Shown here: piece by piece, positions 10,201 to 18,398 of the stretch
How positions within the stretch are numbered: the first letter of the stretch is position 1
Layout of the letters: each line of letters starts with the position of its first letter
Virus record (IMG/VR): IMGVR_UViG_3300027834_000003
Direction: 5' to 3' (one strand)
Source: a virus
Length of the DNA stretch: 43,432 nt
Translations under genes and position numbers: made by a program
Notes under the pieces: model-generated
Told to the model about the DNA's origin: nothing
Database searches by the model: none
Seen by the model: only the letters and a program-made list of their open reading frames with translations

Positions 10201-10383
10201 TGAATTTAATACACAAGCATTGTTAATTAGTTGATATAGTCCAACGTCCATTTGAACCCATGTATCATCAGCTACAAGCTGTCTCCATACTGCCATGTGA
10301 GCTTTAGTAGCTATATGTTTTGTTGATGGGAAAGTTCTTGTATCTAATGCCGTTCCACTATACGGTGATGATTGTACTGCCAT
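7252..10383 (-). CDS. Tail fibre with SPRY-like, discoidin (F5/8 type C)-like and CBM4_9-like domains
   Basis: 1043 aa. The gene follows tail tubular B. Motifs seen: GKFYYEQKL...GDVISFAFDLDANTVEIRKND (SPRY-like), AWNAFAD...GWIQMQYG...FTIEASNTGAWGG (discoidin-like), and VVNGTFDTDVTGWTD (CBM-like). Confidence 0.8.
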   Translation of the reverse strand: MAVQSSPYSGTALDTRTFPSTKHIATKAHMAVWRQLVADDTWVQMDVGLYQLINNACVLNSLLDTATYKQLEVRVADTPDELNDAPSDISTVAGIANEIVTVAGIADEVVTVAGDSVNVNLVGDDIALGAGTNQPTDSAILNALTNATDAIDSASAAATSETNAGNSEVAAATSETNAQLSAWEAEAEKLTAESYATEAYGVPVNIVTSDGDGNFTYTPTNPIEYSSLHSSIVAGASSGLPVQTGKDGGVLATDGTDAYWDVMRTPIPTLSGASSANENSDLVITITNYDAGLEYSDPVTTSGTAVRVADEITVSVGGVTEDELDHTVSIRAESGGNIPSEDAVHIFDVLNLVQVPDTDYYIDVSGSGFNATNIPTVVAGYIDTTVGDEGIVADGIIGIIPIGEDVDADSDIYTVDKHVVFTTSQSSNYTQGKVANLVKSTGKFYYEQKLTAHDVVTETGACDDSVALVNGALRNAVNSIAYHTDGTLKINQIAQTAGTAYNVGDVISFAFDLDANTVEIRKNDVLQNSAYTIPSGVSYAPASAIIGTTETVEMYLSTSDFAYTPPVGYLEWNDLTFGNQAIYTSAIVAKTDGEGNWNGAQAGAFLTSELPDILYSADATDLLLNGEHLVTDTIYLGDGTDFESVVLTGATYSDGSLNANTVDTVPTLSSNTSSSPDYIASASTELAGKEAWNAFADSLANGWVTNSVTTGWIQMQYGTAIVINKITMQTSITRDSRGMKDFTIEASNTGAWGGEEVVLSTQVGITDWAHPAIKTFTFVNDTAYLYYRIDCTANNGDATYVQQEEIELIEAKTNFTHGQAFTPTFACEQDNTSLELTYDNGANYEVLVKSATGHTFEGQLTAPELVVNGTFDTDVTGWTDLSVLETVDASNVSGGQLTLTRSGTSIEQISQAISLEIGKDYDISVDIISSSTNDTRIFIGTTEGGSEIVNSGALSAGLYQYPYTATVGTIYILLKSGGGDCVSVLDDASVLENGYVPIVAVKEIHDATGISANAGINLGFIAKHKDVDTKTTAIYSALYEEGV

Positions 10384-10384
10384 G

Positions 10385-13093
10385 TTATCTCCTTGAGTCT
10401 CGTTTAGTTAATGCACCCTCGTAACTAACCGTATTTATTCTAAAACCTACACTATCAGCATTGGTTATACTAATCCTAATGTTTTTAGCATCACCATAAA
10501 TCATTGGTTTACGATTTACTGTGTACTTTGATTTAATTACTCTCAATGTATTTCTAGCAACATCTTCTACAAGTAAGTTAAATTCACTTCCATCTTCACT
10601 AGATATTTGAGCTGTCTTAAATTTTAAATGACCTCGTATATCTTTTTTGCCGTTACTACTTGCAACCCATTCGCCAATTTTAACTACTGTTGGTATTATA
10701 GTCTCATTATCAACAGTTGTAAAGTCATCTAAGAAATTACCTAGATAATCTTGTGGGAATATAGGTGTTGTTTCAAATTGGTCTTTTCTATCTAAGCTGT
10801 CAGGACTCATAACCCAAACCTTAGACATATCCCAAACTTTAGACATATCCCAAATACCAGTACCTAGAATCCAATCCGTTGCAGCGATAGCATGATTACG
10901 ATTAATCATTATATTTAGATTGTTACCAAGACTAAACGCATTATAAATCTTACCATTATAAGTCCACTTAAACCATGCTGACTGTATTCTCTCACCACCA
11001 TTATCGTAATACTTATATACAAATATTGTATCATTAGCAGAAGCAGATACTAAAAATATCATATTGTTTATTGAGCTACCTGATAATCTTATTATGTCTC
11101 TAGGAACATAACTTTGTACGTGTGCTGATATATCAACTGCTTCTGTTGAATCATTATTGGCTGATACAGCGTATTGCATCAAGGCTGTATATTCACCACG
11201 TATTGCACAGAAGAAAACTTTATCATTCATAAACAATGGTCTAACATCAGTATTAATCTCATAAGCAGATGTTTGAGAGATTTGAATATCTTTAGGACTT
11301 AATACCCTACCACCCTCTAGCTTGAACTGAGCCTTGTCAGAGAACAACATCATAGCATCTTCAAGATATGTAGCATACTCTAATGATATAACTTTAGTAG
11401 TATCAACAACAGCATCTATATAATCTGAATCGAGTACCGCCGCCGTAGTAGTCCTCCAAAAGTTTCCATAACCACCAACTTCAGACAACACAACAGTTCT
11501 TTCAGTAATAAAACCTAGTCTATTTTTAAAGAAGAATATATCCTTGATTACTGGTGCTTTATTGTCAACAGTCTGTATAAAACTTGATGCCGGATTAGAC
11601 TCGTTATCACCAACCCTACTATCTTCCCATTGGTCATAAGGTGTGAATGTGAACGTATCATCACCATTTCTTGTCAACACATGAGGCAATGTATTTAAGT
11701 CTAACTCATTTACTGATAATGGGTCAACAGTTTCTTGCCATTGACTATCAGCATAAGTTAACCAGTATGTAGCAAAGTCACTTGTACCTGAACCAGTTAT
11801 CTTTACTATCGCATTATCAAATCCTAAATTTTTAGGTAAGTCTGTATTAAACTGTACTTTATGTTGCCAACCAAACGAAGCTTGATTACCCCAACTGTCA
11901 CTTGCATCAACTGTAGAAAGATTGTTTACACCAGTAACTTTAATAACACTACCTATCGCAACAGCTGTAAAATTAGCATCAGCACTAATATCAGAAGCTA
12001 ACTGTGTTGCTGCCGCAGTAGTGGTAGTTTTTGATGTACTAACTGATTTAGTATTAGCTAAACTATCTGTTACAGTTATACTATAAGTATATGCACTAGC
12101 TGGATTAGCAGACTTAATCCAAATGTAACCCTCTTTAACATAATTAGCTATCGGTATATATACTGTCTCATCAGCAGCCGAATAAGCTATTGTATCAAAG
12201 TAATCAGCTGTTACCAATGCTTGAGTATCACCACCGCTTGTTTTACCCTCTACAGCTATTGTTACAGCTATAGCTGTACCATCAGTTCTTTTAATATCAA
12301 GTATGTTGTCTGAACCTAATTCAATCTTATATAAATCTATTGATAATGCTGACGTTAATTCTGATATAACTTTACCTATAAATCCTGAGTATGGTAGTAT
12401 CCCACTACCGTTAGTATATGTATCACAATCCATAGCAACAGCGTTCTCATCATGCACTGATGAAATCTCTATCACATTACCATCCACCGTTATAGTTGTA
12501 TAACCATGATAAACCGGTGTTATGTCTCCAACTGAAAACGCATGAGGAGCTAAACGAGGAACTGTATCAGTACCAAAACAACCAGTGATTGTATATGACA
12601 ATAATGGGATAGATGCTGTCTTCATATTTACAACAGCACTTGTACCAACACTAGGTTCTTTTAACTTTGGTATTGCAGCTTTGTTAACAAGGAATGTGAC
12701 ATCTTTAACAGTTGTAGCAGCGTACCCATTAATACCAGTAAAAGGGAATAGGTAGTCTTTAGATGTTCCATCAAAAGTTAAACCACTACCATCTTTATAC
12801 ACTTTACCAGTTAATACGTTGACTATCTCAATATTACCACTTGTTATATTTATAGAATACTTCTCTTCTTCTCTACCACCAAGACCTCTATCGTAAGCAT
12901 ACGACCATAACTCTTCTGTAAATCCCACACTATTGCTTAATGTAAGTTTCTGAGTTGGATTTCTTTTAAGTAGCCCTCTGTCTAATGTTGGGAAAGCATT
13001 GACCATATCCTCTACTTGAGTTGATAGTCTTTGCTCTGCTGATTGTTGGTTAACTCCACCGTACAACCCATCTAATTGATTTGATATTAACAT
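10385..13093 (-). CDS. Tail tubular protein B (T7 gp12-like)
   Basis: 902-aa ORF immediately after the gp11-like gene. Its size and position match the T7-like order portal-scaffold-capsid-gp11-gp12. Confidence 0.8.
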   Translation of the reverse strand: MLISNQLDGLYGGVNQQSAEQRLSTQVEDMVNAFPTLDRGLLKRNPTQKLTLSNSVGFTEELWSYAYDRGLGGREEEKYSINITSGNIEIVNVLTGKVYKDGSGLTFDGTSKDYLFPFTGINGYAATTVKDVTFLVNKAAIPKLKEPSVGTSAVVNMKTASIPLLSYTITGCFGTDTVPRLAPHAFSVGDITPVYHGYTTITVDGNVIEISSVHDENAVAMDCDTYTNGSGILPYSGFIGKVISELTSALSIDLYKIELGSDNILDIKRTDGTAIAVTIAVEGKTSGGDTQALVTADYFDTIAYSAADETVYIPIANYVKEGYIWIKSANPASAYTYSITVTDSLANTKSVSTSKTTTTAAATQLASDISADANFTAVAIGSVIKVTGVNNLSTVDASDSWGNQASFGWQHKVQFNTDLPKNLGFDNAIVKITGSGTSDFATYWLTYADSQWQETVDPLSVNELDLNTLPHVLTRNGDDTFTFTPYDQWEDSRVGDNESNPASSFIQTVDNKAPVIKDIFFFKNRLGFITERTVVLSEVGGYGNFWRTTTAAVLDSDYIDAVVDTTKVISLEYATYLEDAMMLFSDKAQFKLEGGRVLSPKDIQISQTSAYEINTDVRPLFMNDKVFFCAIRGEYTALMQYAVSANNDSTEAVDISAHVQSYVPRDIIRLSGSSINNMIFLVSASANDTIFVYKYYDNGGERIQSAWFKWTYNGKIYNAFSLGNNLNIMINRNHAIAATDWILGTGIWDMSKVWDMSKVWVMSPDSLDRKDQFETTPIFPQDYLGNFLDDFTTVDNETIIPTVVKIGEWVASSNGKKDIRGHLKFKTAQISSEDGSEFNLLVEDVARNTLRVIKSKYTVNRKPMIYGDAKNIRISITNADSVGFRINTVSYEGALTKRDSRR
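10813..10856 (-). repeat. In-frame 18-bp tandem duplication (2.4 units) inside the tail tubular B gene
   Basis: cccaaaccttagacatat / cccaaactttagacatat / cccaaata. It encodes WDMSKV-WDMSKV-W. Confidence 0.95.
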
Positions 13094-13094
13094 G

Positions 13095-13682
13095 TTAACT
13101 CAATACGTAGTTATCTTGACCATATTCTGAATCAAGCATATTGTATCTAGCAGTATTACCCTCACTTCTACGAGCAATAATATGTGCATCCTCTTCATCT
13201 TGTTGTGAATAACCATAAACACTTGTGTCCATTACAGTACGAGCTTGGAACTTCCTAGCTGCTCTAATAGTGATGAAGTTTCTAATAGGGTGTGTTAATG
13301 TATTAAAATCTAAATCCCAATACACTCTCATTGTCTGTGGTTCATCAAAAACAGATGTTTGGTCTGACTTGTTATATAGTTGCCAGTTACGCATAATAAT
13401 ATTTGCATCACTTGAAGAGATGTCTAATACGTTTGCTGGTATGCTTATGAAGCCACTAGCATCTTGTGGAAACTCGTAAGCCTCATCAGTGTTGATATCC
13501 CAACCCTCAGATAAAACTTCTTTCTTTGTTTCAATAAGAACACTTGCTGCTAATTGAGCTTCAAGTATTTCTGCTAATTCAGTATCATCTGATATAGGCA
13601 ACTCATTAATCATTTGTAGCATTATATTTACTGATGCTAAAAAGAATTTACTTGAGTCGTATTGTGGGTCTAATATTTCCAT
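13095..13682 (-). CDS. Tail tubular protein A (T7 gp11-like)
   Basis: 195 aa (T7 gp11 is 196 aa). It lies between the capsid and gp12-like genes and has an AAGGGAG RBS. Confidence 0.8.
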   Translation of the reverse strand: MEILDPQYDSSKFFLASVNIMLQMINELPISDDTELAEILEAQLAASVLIETKKEVLSEGWDINTDEAYEFPQDASGFISIPANVLDISSSDANIIMRNWQLYNKSDQTSVFDEPQTMRVYWDLDFNTLTHPIRNFITIRAARKFQARTVMDTSVYGYSQQDEEDAHIIARRSEGNTARYNMLDSEYGQDNYVLS

Positions 13683-13708
13683 GATGACTCCCTTAAATAG
13701 ATTTTGGC

Positions 13709-13757
13709 ATCCCCACCGAGAGGAGGCTTGATGGGGATTGAAAACCTACCGAAGTAG
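13709..13757 (-). terminator. Two hairpins directly after the major capsid gene (candidate partial terminator or RNA processing site)
   Basis: On the minus strand: ctacTTCGgtag followed by GTTTTC (13757-13740), then a 7-bp stem atcccca/tggggat (13738-13709). This is the position analogous to T7 T-phi after gene 10. Confidence 0.4.
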
Positions 13758-13758
13758 A

Positions 13759-14685
13759 TTAAACGTTCTTAATAGAAACAGAACACTGTGGACGTAACGC
13801 ACCAACACCATTTGAAAAATAAGCATTGATAAGTTTCGCATCAAGGAAGTCAGGTTGAGGATTGATGTCAACTTTAATATCCCATAGTTTAACCATTGCT
13901 GCTGCTTCCATACAGAATACTTGTGCAATTAGTCCAGCTGTTGCTGGTAAGTTGTTTGATGTGAATACCGTAGCACCACCAACCATTTTAACATCACCAA
14001 TATCAAGACCACCGTTGTTCTTAGTGTAATCGTCAGAAACGATTGTAAGAGCTTGTGGTAAGTATTGGAAGTTAGTTGGAGTCATACCAACATAAATCTC
14101 ATCAACAACATCATTAGTACGGATAGCCGCTACCGCTGCATAAACAGACTCGATAATCTCTTTACCAAGTAACTCTGCTGTAGCTGCTGCTGCAACACCG
14201 CCCGGCAATGCTGTATTTACAACAACTGTACCATCACCATTTGAAACTAGACCAGTTGCTAAAGACGATGCTTCAACTGCTGCTGAAACTTTACGGTCAA
14301 TAGCATTTGCAAGACGAGTACCAAGTTGACGTACATTCATAGCAAGAGTGTCATAACGAGCAACTGCTTGTTCAAATTTGTCAATTCTACGAGACTCATA
14401 TTGAGGTCTGTCAAGAGCGATGATAATCTCATCTTGTGTACCATTGTTAACGTTAACTTGAGTACCGGCTGGGTATTCAGCTAAGTTACCATTAGTAATG
14501 TCTTCTTTACCCTCAACGATGAATGAACCAGCTGATGCACCACCAGCGATAGTGTCAACACGAATAAGGTCAGCGTAACGAGTTTGTCTTTCTTTTGCTT
14601 GTAATACGTCAAGTGTGACATCTCTTTTTAAGTCAGCAGCAGAATCTGTACCGACATTAGGAGTAGTTGAACCAGTATAAGCCAT
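13759..14685 (-). CDS. Major capsid protein
   Basis: 308-aa ORF after the scaffold gene. It is preceded by the longest leader in the structural arm and followed by hairpins, a position typical of T7-like phages. Confidence 0.85.
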   Translation of the reverse strand: MAYTGSTTPNVGTDSAADLKRDVTLDVLQAKERQTRYADLIRVDTIAGGASAGSFIVEGKEDITNGNLAEYPAGTQVNVNNGTQDEIIIALDRPQYESRRIDKFEQAVARYDTLAMNVRQLGTRLANAIDRKVSAAVEASSLATGLVSNGDGTVVVNTALPGGVAAAATAELLGKEIIESVYAAVAAIRTNDVVDEIYVGMTPTNFQYLPQALTIVSDDYTKNNGGLDIGDVKMVGGATVFTSNNLPATAGLIAQVFCMEAAAMVKLWDIKVDINPQPDFLDAKLINAYFSNGVGALRPQCSVSIKNV

Positions 14686-14772
14686 GATTTGTCCTTTGCT
14701 CTTTCGAGTCTTTTTAATTTGTTGATTAGTTAGTGTTAAACCAAGTCACAAAATCAAAGGACAAAACCACGG

Positions 14773-14846
14773 CAACTATCCCAATCGATAGTTGGTTTGT
14801 AGAGTTGTTTTAGAAGATGTTTTAATGTTAGGTGTTAACCTAACAT
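14773..14846 (-). promoter_or_regulatory. Two perfect hairpins in the 190-nt capsid mRNA leader
   Basis: caactatc-N6-gatagttg (14773-14794, 8 bp) and atgttaggt-N4-acctaacat (14825-14846, 9 bp). Confidence 0.6.
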
Positions 14847-14859
14847 AATCGATACGAAA

Positions 14860-14888
14860 ATTGTACCATATTTTTTTAAGAAAGCCAA
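14860..14888 (-). promoter_or_regulatory. Candidate sigma70-type extended -10 promoter for the capsid gene
   Basis: Minus strand reads TTGGCT-N17-TACAAT with TGg immediately upstream of the -10. It overlaps the scaffold stop codon. Confidence 0.35.
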
Positions 14889-15703
14889 ACTTTGTCAGGA
14901 GTTACGTTCAATCTTTGTCTAAATTTAGCTTTATCAGCCGCAGAAGACACTCTACTATCAGCATAAGCTTTGTCTTTTAATAGACTAGCTTTATCTGTGT
15001 AAGGTTGTATAGCTGCCGCCGCTGGTGCATTACCACGAACTCTATCAACTGGTGTTCCCTCTTCAGCACCAACACTCTTCTCATACATAGTTTGAAGACC
15101 AACCATTAGAGCTTCACTATTATTAGGGTCTTGAATACTATGATTAAACTGCACCTTTTGTTCAGGTGTCATATTCTCAGCATGATAGTCCATAATGATG
15201 TCGTAGTTTTCTTTACCACCAACATAACTAGCATTTAAATCAAGAGCTTCTTTAAACTCATAAGCACCTATCTTAATATCTTGCTCAGTAAGACCAGTAG
15301 CTTTTAGAGTCTCTCCCATCTCAGGTGTTACAACCATACCATTCTTAAGGAACTCAGGCAATAACTCACGAACAGTTGTATTTTGTAACTGTAGCTTCTG
15401 AGCCTCATCAGCTGTTTGCTGTATCTCAGCATCAGTCTGTTTAGTCTTATCAGCTATATCACGAGTAAGGTTGGCATGTTTATCTTCGATGTTTTTAATA
15501 TGGTCAGCCATCTCTTGAGGTGTTGACCACTTACCCATAAACTTACCATCTTGTAAATCTTCAGGTTTAATCTCGAAAGATATAGAACCCTCACCACCTT
15601 GTTCACTAGGAAGTCCTGATGGTGCTGGGTTCTCTCCACCAGCACCACCGCCAGTTGGATTATCACCACCCTCTTCAGCCATTAATATGTATCTATTTTT
15701 CAT
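14876..15703 (-). CDS. Scaffolding protein
   Basis: 275 aa, acidic and Gly/Pro-rich at the N-terminus, helical and charged, lying between portal and capsid. GAGAGGAG RBS. Confidence 0.7.
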   Translation of the reverse strand: MKNRYILMAEEGGDNPTGGGAGGENPAPSGLPSEQGGEGSISFEIKPEDLQDGKFMGKWSTPQEMADHIKNIEDKHANLTRDIADKTKQTDAEIQQTADEAQKLQLQNTTVRELLPEFLKNGMVVTPEMGETLKATGLTEQDIKIGAYEFKEALDLNASYVGGKENYDIIMDYHAENMTPEQKVQFNHSIQDPNNSEALMVGLQTMYEKSVGAEEGTPVDRVRGNAPAAAAIQPYTDKASLLKDKAYADSRVSSAADKAKFRQRLNVTPDKVWLS

Positions 15704-15731
15704 AATTGTTCTCCTCTCTTATGAACTCAGA

Positions 15732-16172
15732 TTAAAATCTGAAGAAATCTTGTTTGTAATTGATAGTCGGTTGTCTATCTCTCAACTCTGCTTTAGCCAG
15801 TTTCCAAGTTAATTGTTTTAACTCTTCTTCACTTAACTGCCACATCTCTAGTAACATTGATGGCTTCCAACCTGAGTTGATATACGCTCTCAACATCTCA
15901 ATAGTTGCATCTACCTTAACACCTTTCTCACCACCATATCTTGTACGACCATTCTTTTTTGAATAATCACCATATTCTTCAGCTGTAAATGTTTGAATAC
16001 CTTGTGGTGCATCAATCACTTCAACCTCTAGTGGTTCAGCGGGTGTGTTATCTTTAATAATCTTACCAACCGCTTGATATGTTAACGGATTCTCTTCCGT
16101 ACCCAGCTTCTCAGCAATCTCTTTGTTTGTAAAACCCTCTAACTTCATAGCTAGTATTTGTTCTATTGGCAT
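15732..16172 (-). CDS. Helix-turn-helix protein (LuxR/sigma-70 region-4-like N-terminus) between portal and scaffold
   Basis: I moved the start to the ATG at 16172, which has an AAGGAGG RBS 6 nt upstream. 146 aa. ILAMKLEGFTNKEIAEKLGTEENPLTYQAVGKII looks like an HTH. Confidence 0.65.
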   Translation of the reverse strand: MPIEQILAMKLEGFTNKEIAEKLGTEENPLTYQAVGKIIKDNTPAEPLEVEVIDAPQGIQTFTAEEYGDYSKKNGRTRYGGEKGVKVDATIEMLRAYINSGWKPSMLLEMWQLSEEELKQLTWKLAKAELRDRQPTINYKQDFFRF

Positions 16173-16237
16173 AATCAGCCTCCTTAAATTACGAGTCATA
16201 GACTCTATACAGTCTTCAATATGAAGACTGTAAGAAT

Positions 16238-16327
16238 TTACTTTTTCTTCTCTCTACGAGCTTTTTCTTTTTTATTAGCTGGTAAATCTACCGCACTAAC
16301 AACTTTTGTCTCTTTCTCTTTTGCCAT
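16238..16327 (-). CDS. 29-aa highly basic micro-ORF after the portal gene
   Basis: MAKEKETKVVSAVDLPANKKEKARREKKK with a GAGGAGG RBS 5 nt upstream. It is below the ORF-track cutoff. Confidence 0.35.
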   Translation of the reverse strand: MAKEKETKVVSAVDLPANKKEKARREKKK

Positions 16328-16348
16328 AACGTCCTCCTCGCTTAAGAT

Positions 16349-17857
16349 TTATTGCTGTGGTTGCTGAGTAATATTTTTACCAGCTTGTTGACCAACAGAC
16401 TTAGCACCCTCTTCTGCGAGTGTTTGTTCTGTTTGAGCATTTTTGTTCGCTTGAGTCTCCTGAGTCACCTCTTCAGAAGTCTTCATAAGACCAACAGTAT
16501 TGATACCATCAAACGCTGCATATCTACTAAGTAGCTCATTGTCTTTAACCCAATGATTAAGTTGTAAGTTAGCTGCTCTACCCATGAAGTTGTCCATTTT
16601 TTGTGCTTCAGCTGAACGACCAAGAGCATCAAGACCCGTAAGAACATCAACATCTACAGCATCAAAAGTAATTTTCAACTCCTCCATTACTTTAGTAACA
16701 ATCCACTTAGACCATTTTAGAGCCATCTTAGAATAGACACCAGCAAGAGTAGAAGCTTCCAACTGTTGAGCCATAACTCTAATCTCTTCAGCTGTAACAC
16801 GCTCAGCATCACGTTGAACAGAACCGGTATCTAAGAAGTTAGACATCAATTCTCTTTTGATAGCTGTCTCTCTTTCATTAGATACTTGAAAGTCAAAACC
16901 TTTATTTAGTTGAAATGCTGTGATGTCTTCAGCAGACCCATCGATAGTAGCTCCATTACTTGCTTTAGTAACATCAGCCTTACGAGTACGACCACCACGT
17001 TGATTAACTAGGATAATACTCTTAGCAGCAATAACAGCACCTTGAGTATTAAGTTTACCAAGCTTATCTATCTGCTCCATATCTGCATAGTAGTCTTCTG
17101 CAAATGGTCTATGGTAAGCGTCACCTTGTACCCAGTTCCAACCGAAATATCTGAATGGTAAAGAGTCATAATCTTTATATGACTTCTCTTTACCTACAAT
17201 CTCACCATCGATGTCTTGCTTCATCATCCACTTGCTTGTATCTTTATCTATAGCTAGTAAAGTATAAAGCTCGTACTCTTCTTTCTCTTCTTTAGGTGTA
17301 ATCCCATCAGGCAACATCGCTAGTTTCTCAACTATACACATAGCTAATGGCTCACCTCTCGAGTCTAGCTTAACTACAAATGAGCGAAGAGGAAAGATTG
17401 ATATACCCTCTCTCTCATTCTTCTCTACTATAACACTACCCACAACGATTTGTTGTAGTAACATGTCAAATAGTGAGCTTCTGATTTGCTGGTTCTCTAT
17501 CTCTGAGTTGATAGCATCTGTATTGAGTGATAGTTGTTGACGAATACGCTCAATCGCTTTCTCGTTGCCTTGAAACAACTTCACCATAGCCAGTGCATCA
17601 GGCTTGAGACGAAAAGAAGATGTTGCTGGTGGTAATAGTGCCATACCCATTTTAGATTTTAGGTTGTTTACTTGTCGTCCATTGAATGATTGTGCTGCTG
17701 ATTTGAATAACTCAGACCCACCATCACTACCATCGGCTCTGAACACATAAGGCAATGAAATCTCTGATATTGCTTGTGCTCTGTCCTCGTAAGGTTTACG
17801 GTCACTAAGGTTTTTATCGAAAAACTCTGATGGTATTGTGTTGGCTATATCAATCAT
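16349..17857 (-). CDS. Portal (head-tail connector) protein, T7 gp8-like
   Basis: 502-aa ORF at the head of the structural gene order, with an acidic Gln-rich C-terminus. Its size and position are typical. Confidence 0.85.
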   Translation of the reverse strand: MIDIANTIPSEFFDKNLSDRKPYEDRAQAISEISLPYVFRADGSDGGSELFKSAAQSFNGRQVNNLKSKMGMALLPPATSSFRLKPDALAMVKLFQGNEKAIERIRQQLSLNTDAINSEIENQQIRSSLFDMLLQQIVVGSVIVEKNEREGISIFPLRSFVVKLDSRGEPLAMCIVEKLAMLPDGITPKEEKEEYELYTLLAIDKDTSKWMMKQDIDGEIVGKEKSYKDYDSLPFRYFGWNWVQGDAYHRPFAEDYYADMEQIDKLGKLNTQGAVIAAKSIILVNQRGGRTRKADVTKASNGATIDGSAEDITAFQLNKGFDFQVSNERETAIKRELMSNFLDTGSVQRDAERVTAEEIRVMAQQLEASTLAGVYSKMALKWSKWIVTKVMEELKITFDAVDVDVLTGLDALGRSAEAQKMDNFMGRAANLQLNHWVKDNELLSRYAAFDGINTVGLMKTSEEVTQETQANKNAQTEQTLAEEGAKSVGQQAGKNITQQPQQ

Positions 17858-18042
17858 GTCTCATCCTCTTTATTGTCTTCTTCCCCATCTTTAGGTGGAA
17901 GACCTTTCTCACGTATCTCTTTAACCTCATCTATTAAAGCTAGTTGTCCTAATAGAAAGTTCCTCTCATCATCAGGAAGAGCCAAGTCTTCCATAGTGAT
18001 AGCGTATGTTTCCTCTAAATGAGCAATTATTTCATCAATCAT
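17854..18042 (-). CDS. Small acidic hypothetical protein
   Basis: 62-aa ORF with ATGA-type overlaps on both neighbours. Confidence 0.55.
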   Translation of the reverse strand: MIDEIIAHLEETYAITMEDLALPDDERNFLLGQLALIDEVKEIREKGLPPKDGEEDNKEDET

Positions 18043-18398
18043 ACTGTAAATCCTAACCCACTGCGACCACCAGTTGAGCCACCAAGGGCTGAAGTCTTGG
18101 GTATTAAGAAGTCTTGGGTAGAGCCTCCAACGTCTGTCGCATCATCCGCACCAAACTTAGTCTCACCAAGAGCCTCCTCTTCAGGTTTAGTCTCTCTAGC
18201 AATACGGTCAGCTTCAGCTTTAGAGGCTGCTGCTTCTTTCTCTCTACGTTTACGGTCTGCTTCAGCAGCTTTCTCTTGCTGCTTCTGTGCATATATAGTA
18301 GAACCAGCACCAACAGCAACAGCTAAAACCGTAGCTGAAACTGGGTCTCTATATACTGCTGGACAATTACCAACCAATTTGTTATGTAAATTAAACAT
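18039..18398 (-). CDS. Hypothetical virion-associated protein with a TM segment and a charged Ala/Glu/Lys/Arg helix
   Basis: I moved the start to the ATG at 18398, which has a GGAGG RBS 5 nt upstream. 119 aa. Confidence 0.6.
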   Translation of the reverse strand: MFNLHNKLVGNCPAVYRDPVSATVLAVAVGAGSTIYAQKQQEKAAEADRKRREKEAAASKAEADRIARETKPEEEALGETKFGADDATDVGGSTQDFLIPKTSALGGSTGGRSGLGFTV

